Shown here: in pieces, positions 52,423 to 64,000 of the stretch | Layout of the letters: each line of letters starts with the position of its first letter | Position numbering within the stretch: position 1 is the stretch's first letter | Assembly (NCBI GenBank): GCA_951406725.2 | Contig: OX597814.1 | Span: 139,376,001 to 139,440,000, forward strand | Direction: 5' to 3' | DNA length: 64,000 nucleotides | Source: Octopus vulgaris | Taxonomy: Eukaryota | Notes under the pieces: generated by a model | The model's input: the letters and a program-made list of their open reading frames with translations, nothing else | Told to the model about the DNA's origin: nothing | Database searches by the model: none | Position numbers and translations under genes: made by a program

Positions 52423-53590
52423 TTTTACTGTTTCTACTGACATGGATATCCATTTTTTTTCTTATTGTCATTCTCTTCTCTTCCATTAAATTTATTCGCA
52501 TCTTCCGTAACTTTTAGAAATTTCATCTAAAACTATATAGTTCCAGTGAATATATACAGAAATTGGTGAACGTAACGAATTCTTACGCAAGCCTTTGAAA
52601 GTGCATTTATAAGTTTCTTTACTCCCATTCAATTCCAAGTACCAGTTCGGCAACATTTTGGAAAATAAAAGGAGAAACAGTTATAATAAGAGATTTTAAA
52701 AAACCCAGCTATTTCAAAATATCAGGTTTGCCCATACTCAATTTTCCAACGTTGTTTTTAATTACACGTTTCAAACCATGATCCTCTCTCCTGTCTCCAT
52801 TCAGACTGTCGTTCACTTGCAAATGCGCGTATGCAGATTTTGCAATCAAATAGACCCAGCCAGGGCAGACTTTATGTGGTCGGTTGTTCGATAAACTAGA
52901 AAGAAGAATCAATTCTCCTTGAAAGCACATTTTTCTAACCACTTATAAAACGAAATATACGTCGGGCATATATATTGTTGGAGAGACATTCTTTCGATTT
53001 GTTATCAAAAAATGAAAGCGGAAATATTAATGATATTAAGCAACGACCAATCAGGCGTGTTCAATATCATCTTTCCTTTTTTTTCATAATTTCCTCCAAT
53101 TCTAATATTTTTCAACAACACTACAATGATAAAAATGACGAGATTTTATTGTATTTGTGTTTTGGTAAAGCTTGATCAGGGAGACCCTTTTTCAAAGGCA
53201 TTCATTCAATGAAACGTGTACACCTGTTTCACTTGTGCACCCTACACTACATTATGATATTAGCTATTGTTGAAATAAAAGTGAAATATTGCAGTTTTTT
53301 CCTAGATGCGATGGACTTCATATGTACTCAATCACTGGCTCTTTTCATGAAGCGTATGCATTGTGATAGTTTTGACAACTTTAAAGAGCTTTCCTTGTGC
53401 CTAAATTGAACAATCAGTGGTTTTCCAGTAAGAAAAATAAATTGACCGAGCTAAATATACATTTGCGCACAAAATATATGATTTTCAACATTTTAAAGTA
53501 AACAGATATGGTAAGGACAATCGTATGTAGGAATGATGAATATGATAAACACCTTCTAGAATTTACTATATCCTTATTATTATTACAAAT

Positions 53591-53668
53591 ATGCAAATGA
53601 GGCATCCTATTATGGGTAAGTGTACGAGATAGGGCATGTATATATTGTGAGGCTTAGGAAACGCTGTT
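53591..53668 (+). promoter_or_regulatory. U6 copy 7 promoter
   Basis: Octamer at -78, TATATA at -30. Confidence 0.75.
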
Positions 53669-53692
53669 GTACTAGCTACGGCGGTACATATT

Positions 53693-53725
<33 letters not shown>

Positions 53726-53775
53726 GACCCCTGCTCAAGGATGACACGCAAATTCGTGAAGCGTTCCATATTTTT
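53669..53775 (+). ncRNA. U6: U6 snRNA copy 7 (variant G59A, G67T)
   Basis: AGCATGACCCCTGCTCAAGG versus canonical AGCATGGCCCCTGCGCAAGG. Confidence 0.93.
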
Positions 53776-54920
53776 TCTTTCTCTTTCTACTGACATGGAT
53801 ATCCATTTTTTTTCTTATTGTCATTCTCTTCTCTTCCATCAAATTTATTCGCATCTTCCGTAACTCTTAGAAATTTCATCAAAAACTATATAGTTCTAGT
53901 GAATATATACAGAAATTGGTGAACGTAATGAATTTCTACACAAGCCATTCAAAAGTGCTTTTATAAGTTTCTTTGCTCCCATTCAATTCCAAGTACAAGT
54001 ACTGCAATATTTTTCGAAATAAATAGAGAATAAGTTGTAAAAATAAGATTTAAAACAGAAAAAAAAAATTTCTCCATACCAATCCTTCAAGTTCGTTTTT
54101 AATTTCACGTTTAAAACTATGAAGATTAAAATTGTTAGTACTTTTTCATCGACTTGTTAATTTTGAAAAGTTTTCTCTCCTGTCTCGTCCACTTCCGCAT
54201 TTGCCTAAGCAGATTTTGCAATAAACTAGACGACAGCCAGGGCAGATTTCATGTGGTCGTTCGATAAGCTAGAAACAAGAATCAATTCTCTTTGAAAGCA
54301 TGTTTTTCTAACGACTTATGAAACGAAATATAAATCGGATATATATATAGTCAGAGACATTCTTCTGATTTGTGATCAATAAATGGAAGTGCAAATATCA
54401 GACGTGTTCAACATCATGTTTCCTTTTTTCATAATTTTCTCGGATTCTAATAATTTCAACAACTCTACAACGATGAGAATGACGTGAATTTATTGTATTT
54501 CTGTTTTTCTTAAGCTTGATCATGGAAAACCTTTATCAAAGGCATTCTTTCAATGAAACGTGTACACCTGTTTCAGTTGTGCACTCTACACTACCTTATG
54601 GCATGAGCAATTATTGTTGAGATAAAAGTGAAATATTGCAGTTTTTTCCTAGATGTGATGGACTTCATATGTATTCAATCATTGGCTCTTTTTCATGAAG
54701 CGTACAAACTGAAATAGTGTTGACAACTTTAAAGAGATCTCCTCGTGCGCAATTTGAATCATCAGTGGTTTTCCAATAACAAAAATAAATAGACCGAGCT
54801 AAATATACATACATAGAAAATTCCTACGCAAGTCATTCAAAAGTGCTTTTGTAAGTTTCTTTGATTGCGATAAATTCCAAGTACAATTACTGCATTATTT
54901 TTCAAAATAAACGGAGAAAT

Positions 54921-56051
54921 ATCATCATTATCATCATCATTTAACGTCCGCTTTCCATGCTAGCATGGGTTGGACGGTTCAACTGGGGTCTGGGGAGCCC
55001 GAAGGCTGCACCAGGCCAGTCAGATCTGGCAGTGTTTCTACAACTGGATGCCCTTCCTAACGCCAACCACTCCGAGAGTGTAGTGGGTGATTTTATGTGC
55101 CACCGACACAGGTGCCAGACGAGGCTGGCGAACGGCCACGCTCGGATGGTGTTTTTTATGTGCCACCGACACAGGTGCCAGACGAGGCTGGCAGACGGCC
55201 ACGCTCGGATGGTGTTTTTTATGTGCCACCGACACAGGTGCCAGATGAGGCTGGCGAACGGCCACGATCGGATGGTGTTTGTTACGTGCCCACAGCACGG
55301 AGGCCAGTCGATGCGGTACTGGCTACGGCCACGTTCGGATGGTTTTCTTGTGTGCCACCGGCACTGGTACCACAAGATACAAATTCCATTGATGTTCATC
55401 TATTTTGATTTGGTTTGATTTGATTTTCACTTGCCTCAACAGGTCTTCACAAGTGTCACAAGAAGGAAGGTATGCACAGGTGGACTGACTACGTCCCAGG
55501 TAGGGGCCACGGGTTATAGCCTGACTAGTCTTGCCGGGTCTTCTCACGCACAACATACTTCCATAGGTCTCGGTCTCTAGTCATTTCCTTGGTGAGACCT
55601 AAAGTTCGAAGGTCGTGCTTCACCACCTCGTCCCAGGTTTTCCTGGGTCTACCTCTTCCACAGGTTCCCTCAACTGCTAGGGTGTAGCACTTTTGCACAC
55701 AACTATCTTCAGCCATTCTCGTCACATGACCATACCAGCGCAGCCGTCTCTCTTGCACACCACAACTGATGCTTCTTGGGTTCAACTTTTCTCTCAAGGT
55801 ACTTACACTCTGACGATTATGAACACTGACATTACACATCCATCGGAGCATACTGGATTCATTTCTTGCGAGCTTACGCATATCCTCAGCAGTCACGGCC
55901 CATGTTTCACTACCATGTAGCATGGCTGTACGTACACATGCATCATACAGTCTGCCTTTTACTCTGAGCGAGAGGCCTTTTGTCACCAGCAGGGGTAAGA
56001 GCTCTCTAAACTTTGCCCAGGCTATTCTTACTCTAGCAGTTACACTTTCAC
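54921..56051 (-). mobile_element. 5'-truncated RTE-clade LINE (ORF C-terminus, repeat-containing 3' UTR, (TGA)n tail) inserted in the U6 array spacer
   Basis: Uninterrupted ORF 55525-55986: KGRLYDACVRTAMLHGSETW...RRLRWYGHV...GRGRPRKTW. The array spacer resumes on both sides (ggagaaa | agttattattaaagg). Confidence 0.9.
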
Positions 56052-57576
56052 TTTTAGTTATTATTAAAGGTTTTTAAAAAAACCCAGCTATTTCAAAATA
56101 TCGGGTTTACCCATACCCAATTTGCCAACTCCGTTTTTAATTTCACGTCAAAAAACTATGACGATTAAAATTGTTAATACTTTTTTCTTCAACTTGTTAA
56201 TTTCCAAAAGTAATCCTCTCTCCATTCAGACTCCAAACTCGTCGTTCACTTACGCATGCAGATTTTGCAATCAAATAGACGACAGCCAAGGCAGACTTCA
56301 TGTGGTCGGTCGATAAGCTATTAACAAGATTCAATTCTCTTTGAATGAACGTTTATCTAACGAACGATACATCGGACACATATAGTCCGAGAGACAGTCT
56401 TTCGATTTGTGATAAAAAAATGGAACATTACTTCCTTATAACTTTCAGAAAAATGGGTACTTTATAATGTAATTTTCTATAAATACCTTTCCGATAGTGA
56501 AAACCACAATTATATCAAAATGTTGTGATTCTGTTTTTTCTTTTTCACAAGAGGAAGGCAGAGCAGTGTCAGACAATTCACATGCCTCGACTTTGTTTCC
56601 CTGTAACCTATTTTCGTCACATAACAATTATGTTGAAGACTATTTCACTCTTTGCCTACTGGAATTTGTAAATGAAATTTCTCAGGGATATCAATATAAT
56701 TTGAAAGACATTAGGTGTTTAGGTCTTGAGTGGATGATGTGACCCACACTTAAGATGCACAATTATTTAATCACATCCTTAATATTTTGTACACACACAA
56801 GTGGAGATGATGGAGGGTGGAGAGGACACATTTTAGTCTTGAGAACATGACAACCTCACAATTGCAGGTACATCTGACCTCAGCATTGATCTGGAATAAC
56901 ACAGTACACTCACCATTAACTACGTTATACTTATGAATTGATATGTGATAATATGTATCAACGATCAGTGATTCTTGTCTCAACCACAAAAGCACAACCC
57001 AGCAACTGACTGTCCACGATGCTCAGGACAACTTGGGATCTTGAAACAAAACCTATTCCCCACTCCCCACATTCTATTGTTCATTTAACAGTCTTTTTAA
57101 ACTAAAATATCAGTGGCCAATGCTAGTGTTGCATGTCTGGCCCATTTAAAAGTACTTTTGATGTTGTGGCCAATGCCCCCTGACTGGCAGGACCTAAAAT
57201 GCACCATCCGAACGTGGTTGGTGCCAGTGCCCTCTGACTGCCTCCCATGCCGGTGACATGTAAAAAGCACTATCCAAACGTGAATGATGCCAGGGCTGCC
57301 TGACTGGCTCCTGTACCAGTGGAACATAAAAAGCACCCACTACACTCCAAGTGAGCAGTGGTTCCAAATAAGAAATGATTCAATGATAATTTGTCCAATC
57401 CATGGATGTGGATATAAAGCAATAACCTGTACATCCATTGAAAGTAAACACAAGGCAACAATGAGGAGTATAATGAATGTAAAAATTTAGAAGAGAACAA
57501 AATGGCAGTGAAGGTAGTGTTTATTGAACAACTCCCCATGACTGATGACATGATATAAAATTTACTGGAATGGTGA

Positions 57577-57770
57577 TTACAAAACTATTATTTCAGAATC
57601 AATGCTGCACTCTCCATCAGGTTCCTGTTTTGATTTTTTACTTTTAGAATACATTTCTGAACTCTGATCAGAGACCTTCCTCTTTCTCTTTAGTGGACTC
57701 AGATCCATAGCTTCAGATTGTTCCTCTTCCATGATGATTAAATCATCATTATAGTCAGCAACAGGCAATT
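57577..57770 (-). CDS. UBA2: UBA2/SAE2 (SUMO E1 subunit 2) last coding exon
   Basis: tag|(E)LPVADYNDDLIIMEEE...PLKRKRK...SKKSK...IDSEIIVL*. The SIM-like DDLIIMEEE, bipartite NLS and terminal hydrophobic motif resemble human DDVLIVD, RKRK and DDVIALD. Phases are consistent. Confidence 0.85.
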
Positions 57771-60096
57771 CTAGAGAAAAATAGCAGAGCAGAGACAATT
57801 TATATAAAATTTCAAAACATTACTTAAATCAACTTTAGATAACATAAATACAATATGTACAGGCATAACAGCTTGGTTAACAAGCTTGCTTCCTAACAAC
57901 ATGATTTTGAGTTCAGTCCTACTGTGTAGTACTTTGGGCAAACTCAGGTCAGCCAAAGCCTTGTGAATGGATTTGGCATATGGGAACTGGAAGAAGCCTG
58001 TTGCATATATTTTCTTTCCTTTTCAATTAGCATTCATGTTCCATGCTAGCATGTATATATATGTGAATGTGTGAATATTTGTGTCTCCTTGTCTTGACAT
58101 TACATGATTGTTGTAAATGAATGCTATTTATTTCCAATATTATGCATAAACATGTCTCATCACAGGGGAAATATCATTAAGCTTAGAAACGAGAGTTGGA
58201 GACAGGAAGGGCATCCAGCTGTAGAAAATCTGCCTCATGCAAGCATGGAATGGTTGATGTTAAAACAATGATGGTGATATGCATTTTTTTGGACAAAAGG
58301 AGTAGCCAATATGTGTATAAAATAAATGTGAAAAATCTGTTACTATATATGCATAGTAACTAAACATATCTTAATTATCATCCTCTGTTGACGTGCAGAC
58401 TTTTCAAACACTGCTAGTTTTCTTCCTCCACTTAAACATTTTGGTCTCTGTACCAATAAGGCCATCTGATTTCTGCCTAAACACTTTGATCTCTTTCTAC
58501 ATAAACATATCACACAACCTGTATTCTATGAAGCCCATGGTATATCACCTAGGAATATGAAACCGAACCAATTCTATCCCCTTCTTTTAAACCATCTTTT
58601 TCAACTCTCTCACACATACACTGCAAGCATAGCCACTTGGCTAAAGAGTCTACTTAACAATCAAGAGGTTTCGGGGTTGATTTTGCTGCATTGCACTGTG
58701 GGTATGCATTTTCTGCTATAACTACAAGCTTAGCAGTACCTTGTGAATGGAATTGGTAGATCAAAACTTTAACAGTTTACAGGCTGGGAAAAACAATGTC
58801 AATTTATAGACAGTGTTATTGTATATATCTGTGGCAAACACACACCCAGCTGAGTGCTTTGTTGCTCTAAAGAACAGGGGAAATGATATCTTAAAGGGAA
58901 ACGAGAGACAACAACTGGAAGGGCATCCAGCCATAGAAAAATTATCTCCATAAGTCTCATCTAATGCATGCTAGCATGGAAAAAACATATTTAACCCTTC
59001 TGTTACCATATTTCTGTTGAAATATAGCTATTCCTTCAAATACTTTTGAAAATAACAAAGAAATTATTAAAATAACTATCCATTTTCAATGTAATCATTT
59101 TAAAAAATATTTTCATGAATTTATAAGTAAAATCACTGTCATCCATACATACAGGCTTATCCTTTACAGGTGCCACTGCCACATAAAATACATTTGTGCT
59201 GGTGCTGCATAAATGCACCCATGCTGCTGGCACATATAAAGCACCCAGCATACTCTGTAAAGTGGTTGGCACTAGGAAGGACATCCAAGATGTAGAAACC
59301 ATATCACAAGACCATTGGAGTTTGGACAGCTCCAAGTCAAACCCTTCAACCCAAGCCAGCATAGAAAATGGATGTCAAACGATATATTTTATTCAAAGAA
59401 CTTTTTCTCCTAGGTAAGGGGAGGGATTTTTGCAAGGTTTCACCTTGTATAGATTCCCTCCATCAACATGTACACTAAACAAACCACCTACAAAGGCAGC
59501 AAATTTTCCAGTTTCTTAGAAAGCTCCAACTCTGCTATGAATTTGGTAACTCAGGGAATCAGACTTTACTAATTCCAAAGTAAACCAGTACAAAGGTTTG
59601 AGAAGAATCTTTAATCTTACCAAAAGCATAGCAACTTCTCTCATGCTAGTACTATGACAAAATATCCACAGTACACACTGTAAAATGGTTAGTGTTCAAA
59701 AGGACATCCATCTGTAGAACCTGCACTGAAACTGTGACATCTGAGTGAGACAGTGCCCCAGTTTTAACAGGGCAGTAAATTCAAAAAGAACTGGTTCAGA
59801 TTTTGTCAAAATCATTCAACCTATGCCCTAGCCATATTCTTGGTTGACTCACTGATTTTTCAAACACTAACTCAATCAATACCTAAACATTATGATCTCT
59901 ACACTACGAAGATCATTTCATCCACCACCTCCCTTCAATTCTTCATACTTATATACCACATTAAAAAAAATCCATATTTGGACAGCCTTAATGTCGGTCA
60001 CAATTACTACAGTGGCACATTTGAAAACTAGAATCTCTCCTACATATACAGATAAATTGATACACATGTAGTTTTTGACGTAAAAAGAAATCCCAC

Positions 60097-60218
60097 CTGA
60101 TTTTGATGTGGATGGCACTGGTGACAAGCTACTGCTACTTGCTTTATTCTCCTGCTGACTTTTTAAGGCCTCTGCATCACCAGAGACCAGAAATTCAACA
60201 TTGTCTTCCAATTTTTCT
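60097..60218 (-). CDS. UBA2: UBA2 internal exon
   Basis: cag|(V)EKLEDNVEFLVSGDAEALK...PSTSKS|gt, 122 nt. Compare human EDLGKDVEFEVVGDA...PSTS. Confidence 0.9.
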
Positions 60219-60317
60219 CTGAAAAAAAAAAAATAAATAAATAAAACAAGATTTTTATTGTAATGATGACATAACTATTCATTCTTAATATTCAGGCAGA
60301 TTCAAACATGAACATGC

Positions 60318-60527
60318 CAATCGCTGTTGTATTTCTTCATTGGGGAACAACTTCTTTCAGATGAATGTGTGTTTATAACACACTATTCATCAGGGTAAGG
60401 GAACATTGGGAGACACAAGGGCACAACTCCAGGAGTCCCAAAACTCCCTAACCCTAATGAATTGAGTGTGTTATGAATATACATTTGTTTCAAAGAAGTT
60501 GTTCTCTAATGGACAACTACAACTGGC
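60318..60527. repeat. fold-back inverted repeat (MITE-like)
   Basis: gaacaacttcttt...ataacacact...cagggtaaggga pairs with tccctaaccct...agtgtgttat...aaagaagttgttc. Confidence 0.65.
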
Positions 60528-60845
60528 ACTCCATCAGTTACAAGGGTTCCAGTTGATCCGATCAACAAAACAGCCTGCTCATGAAATTAACATGTAAGTG
60601 GCTGAGCACTCCACAGACATGTGTACCCTTAATGAAGTTCTCAGGGAGATTCAACATAACCCAGAATGTGAGAAGGTTAGCCCTTTGAAATACAGGTACT
60701 TCTCATTTTTGCCAGCTGAGTGGTGGACTAGAGTAATGTGAAATAAAGTATCTTGCTCAAGGACACAGCGCACCACCAGGAATTGAACTCACGACCATAC
60801 GATTGTGAGCTGATTACCCTAACCACTAAGCTGCATGCCTTCACA
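60520..60845 (-). mobile_element. tRNA-derived SINE
   Basis: Reverse complement of the 725-1050 family. Confidence 0.75.
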
Positions 60846-61235
60846 TAACAGCAATTAGCATATTCATGTTTGAATCTGCTGTAACATATTAAGAATGAAT
60901 ATGCATGATTCTTGCTGTTCATTATGCAAATGATGATTTATTATATGTTAATTGTTTTATAATGAAGCCATGAGTCTCTCACTCCAGGTCTTTCTTGCTT
61001 CTGTTGTAAATGTTTCACAATTTATACACTATTTACTTCATAAGAGCATTGCAAAAGACATCTAGATAGAGAAATTCAATTTCTTTGTTAAGGTAATGGT
61101 CAAATCTGAGAATTAAATGGGTGCCAGTTGTGTGAAGAAAAGTATCTTAAATAATCACATAAAAAATTTATCTGAAACACATGCTAAATCTAGAGATACA
61201 AACGAAGAGTTTAAAGTTAAATTTTCAATACTTAC

Positions 61236-61341
61236 ACATGCTGGATTGTTATGACAAGATTGTAATTTTGGAGAAAATCATCACACTTTAAGCGAGTTCC
61301 ATTTCCTATATTGAAATCACTCAGCATTTTCTCGTTATTTT
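61236..61341 (-). CDS. UBA2: UBA2 internal exon (ubiquitin-fold domain)
   Basis: tag|(E)NNEKMLSDFNIGNGTRLKCDDFLQNYNLVITIQH|gtaag, 106 nt. Compare human NNHKKLSEFGIRNGSRLQADDFLQDYTLLINILH. Confidence 0.93.
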
Positions 61342-61565
61342 CTAACAAAACAGAATTAAAATACAACTTCACAATAGATATCATCATAAATATACAAGTG
61401 CAATTCAATAACACAAATAGCAAGGCATCAGTAAAAAGTAGAGCCTAAAGACAAATTATAAAAACACTCCCGAGTAACACACACTGTATTGTTGGTACTC
61501 TAAGATTTTGTAATAAGGAAGTCTGACTTCGGCACAAGATTAAAATGTTAGGTAGAGGGTTTTTA

Positions 61566-61727
61566 CCGTATTTTAACGTGTATAAGGAACCCACTAATTT
61601 TTAGGGCTTAAAATTTGGGAAAAAGTTTTTGTAAGGGATTATAATACTATCCATCTATAAGAAACTCACATACTTTTTTAACCTAATTTTTGACAAAAAT
61701 GGATTCCTTATGTATGTTAAAATACGG
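61566..61727. mobile_element. TA-flanked Tc1/pogo-type MITE
   Basis: TA|CCGTATTTTAACgtgtATAAGG ... CCTTATgtatGTTAAAATACGG|TA. Confidence 0.75.
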
Positions 61728-61849
61728 TAATTGATGTAACTGACTCCAATACTTGAGTGATAATTATTTTATTAACTAGTAAGCAGCTCCTCTAAAAAGA
61801 AAACCTTTGGATGAATGGCAAAGTAGAATTCATGAACATTTAAATTACT

Positions 61850-62216
61850 CTCTTACTCCTTTATTTGTTTTAGTCATTTGACCAGGGCCATGCTGGAGCA
61901 CCGCCCTTAGTCAAACAAATCAACCCCAGGACTTATTCTTTGTAAGCCTAGTACTTTTTCACCGAACTGCTAAGCTATGGGGACATAAACACACCAACAT
62001 CAGTTGACAAGTGATGGTGGGGGAACAAACACAGAGACAAAAACAAATACACAACGGGCTTCTTTCAGTTTCTGCCTACCAAATTCACTCACAAGGGTTT
62101 GGTCGGCCCGAGACTATAGTAGAAGACACTTGCCCAAGGTGCCACATAGTGGGACTGAACCCAGAACCATGTGGTTGGTAAGCAAGCTACTTACCACACA
62201 GCCACCCCTGTGCCTA
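61850..62216 (-). mobile_element. tRNA-derived SINE
   Basis: Same family as 3701-4090. Confidence 0.8.
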
Positions 62217-62477
62217 TTCTGAATTTTTTTTAAATGCAATTAAGAATCAGACACTTAGTGAGGAACATCACAATATCAGTTTCATAGTTTCTCTACTACA
62301 ACAAAGAGAGAAACATCAATTTCTTATACTGACACCAGGCCAGATTTCTAAATGAATCAGCTGACAGGTACTTATTTTACTGAACCTGAAAGAGAAATGA
62401 AAGATACTGCATGACCCTGGTAGAATTTTGAAAATGTAAGTAAATTCCATGAGGATTTTTTTTAGGTCAATACTCGG

Positions 62478-62680
62478 GCAGCAAGCTGGCAGAATCGTTA
62501 GCATACCAGGCGAAATACTTAGTTCAGATTACGCCGAGGCTGACTTTGCCTCCTCCATCCTTTCGGGGTCAATTAAATAAGTACCAGTTACGCACTGGAG
62601 TCGATGTAATCAACTTAATCCTTTTGTCTGTCCTTGTTTGTCCTCTCTATATTTAGCCCCCCGTGGGCAATAAAGAAATA
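62478..62680 (+). mobile_element. second tRNA-derived SINE family (OK-like, unverified)
   Basis: gcaagctggcagaatcgttagca...ccgagg..gactttgcc..catcctttcggggtc..taagtaccagt. Many decayed copies occur across the window. Confidence 0.65.
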
Positions 62681-63557
62681 GATACTAGAGAATAACTTTC
62701 CTGAAAGTTTTATACACTTTTGCACCACACAAACACACAAGAAAGAGGGTGGGGTGTTAACCTCCCTCCCTCCTTTTCCTAAGCACTTAAAAAAAGAAAA
62801 AAAATTTTCCAATTGCTTCTGTAACCCATTTCTACTTAATCCATTCTCATCATAACTATTTCTCAGATGAACATTAATTAGGTGGTGGGTGTAGTAGCAG
62901 AGTCATAAGAACAGACAAAAAGCCATGTAATATATTTTCAAATTCTCTGATCTCTGGAAGTTGATAAAGAAACACAAATTCAGGGCAATGAATTGACAAA
63001 ACTATAAAAGTGCCAGACTGAATACTTTGCAGTACTTGTCCTGGTGGTCTGTATTCTAAGTCTATGGCTTATTTGGATGAAAGACTTAATCTGTTGCCTG
63101 ATTTAACATTACCAACCTAGAACACCTTTTGTTAAGTCCACTCTATTACAAGCATTTGAGCCAGGTCACATTTCTCCCTCCTTCCATCCTACTAGTCTGA
63201 AAAGCCCCGTAAAGGCTCATAAGTACTGCCTTCCCTCTTGACAAAAAAAAATTAATTAAAAGAAAAAGGAAATTTATTCAACATGTCCATCCACATTTTT
63301 TTCTTCAAATCATTTATAATTTTACTTCTGTCAATCTACCACCATTAAAACAAGTTTCTCCCATTTGAAATGATCTAATATTGTGAAGAAAGCCAAGAGA
63401 GGATCTCTGAAGACTGTCATTAACAGAGAACTCTTCTTCCCTCCTTCTCCTCCTACTAACCACTGCACTGGTAGACAAGGCACAAACTCATAGAAAAATA
63501 AACCAGCCATCTGTAAAATACAAACTAATTCATGAGAGAGAGAGAGAGATATGTTAC

Positions 63558-63596
63558 CTTCTGTTTCTCCTTCTTCACTTGTTATGATGATAGTCC
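63558..63596 (-). CDS. UBA2: UBA2 39-nt internal exon; upstream exons lie beyond the window
   Basis: ttag|(G)TIIITSEEGETE|gtaac. Compare human GTILISSEEGETE. Phase 1/1 joins in frame to the next exon. Confidence 0.9.
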
Positions 63597-63844
63597 CTAA
63601 AACAAAGAAATAATTAGAAATTACAATTCTATAACACAAAGCAATTGTACATCACTTTCAGGACTAAATTGTTATAATGAGACCGTAAAGTAGATGTATC
63701 GTTCTGAAGTCAGAATAACATATCAACTCAAGAATTTTTTTCAAAATCACATAAGAACATAATACAATGAAATTAAGGAATTGATCTGGATATAATTGAT
63801 TTAAACAAAATTGTGGAAACAATCAGAGAATTTCCTATATCTGG

Positions 63845-64000
63845 AAGCTGTTTGATAAGAGGAGGACTGAGGATTTGATGGGAATGTTGGGGTTGGAGGA
63901 ATTGGTGGAATGGTTGGCAAGGGCAAATGGAGTGAGGTAGTATGGGCACGCATTGAGGACGGATGAAGAGCAAGTTCTGAGGAGGGTGATTGCGTTTGAG
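63845..64000 (+). mobile_element. decayed RTE LINE fragment
   Basis: KLFDKRRTEDLMGMLGL...GVR*YGHALRTDEEQVLRR, the RWYGHV motif with an in-frame stop. Confidence 0.65.

Larger units (their letters stand above)
45920..56425 (+). repeat. tandem array of U6 snRNA gene units (1.03-1.38 kb)
   Basis: U6 start-to-start distances are 1105, 1096, 1378, 1082, 1034 and 1353 bp. Spacers are highly similar, with partial units at the right end. Confidence 0.95.

Noticed and set aside
54941-55418. Repetitive 150-aa ORFs on both strands
   Set aside because: They arise from the ~63-bp tandem repeat in the RTE 3' UTR.

Overview
AT-rich, microsatellite- and SINE-dense eukaryotic DNA whose repeat content looks like a cephalopod, probably Octopus (inference). 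Two intron-rich genes converge. On + are the last four coding exons of GID4 (9683-19444). On - are the last four coding exons of UBA2/SAE2 (63596-57577). Between their 3' ends is a ~10.5 kb tandem array (45.9-56.4 kb) of seven U6 snRNA genes, each with a compact octamer/PSE-region/TATA Pol III promoter. Copy 1 has a mutated catalytic AGC triad, copy 7 has two ISL changes, and an eighth unit has lost its U6. Other notable items: (1) a SINE-U6-SINE chimeric retrocopy in a GID4 intron; (2) a ~500 bp head-to-head palindrome of an element combining a tRNA-like Pol III head with a minimal hammerhead-ribozyme motif; (3) two more hammerhead-like motifs; (4) a decayed Penelope-like element; (5) RTE, CR1-like and Gypsy relics, piggyBac- and mariner-type MITEs, and many SINEs. 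All identifications are by eye from recalled family motifs and no database search was run. Repeat boundaries are approximate.
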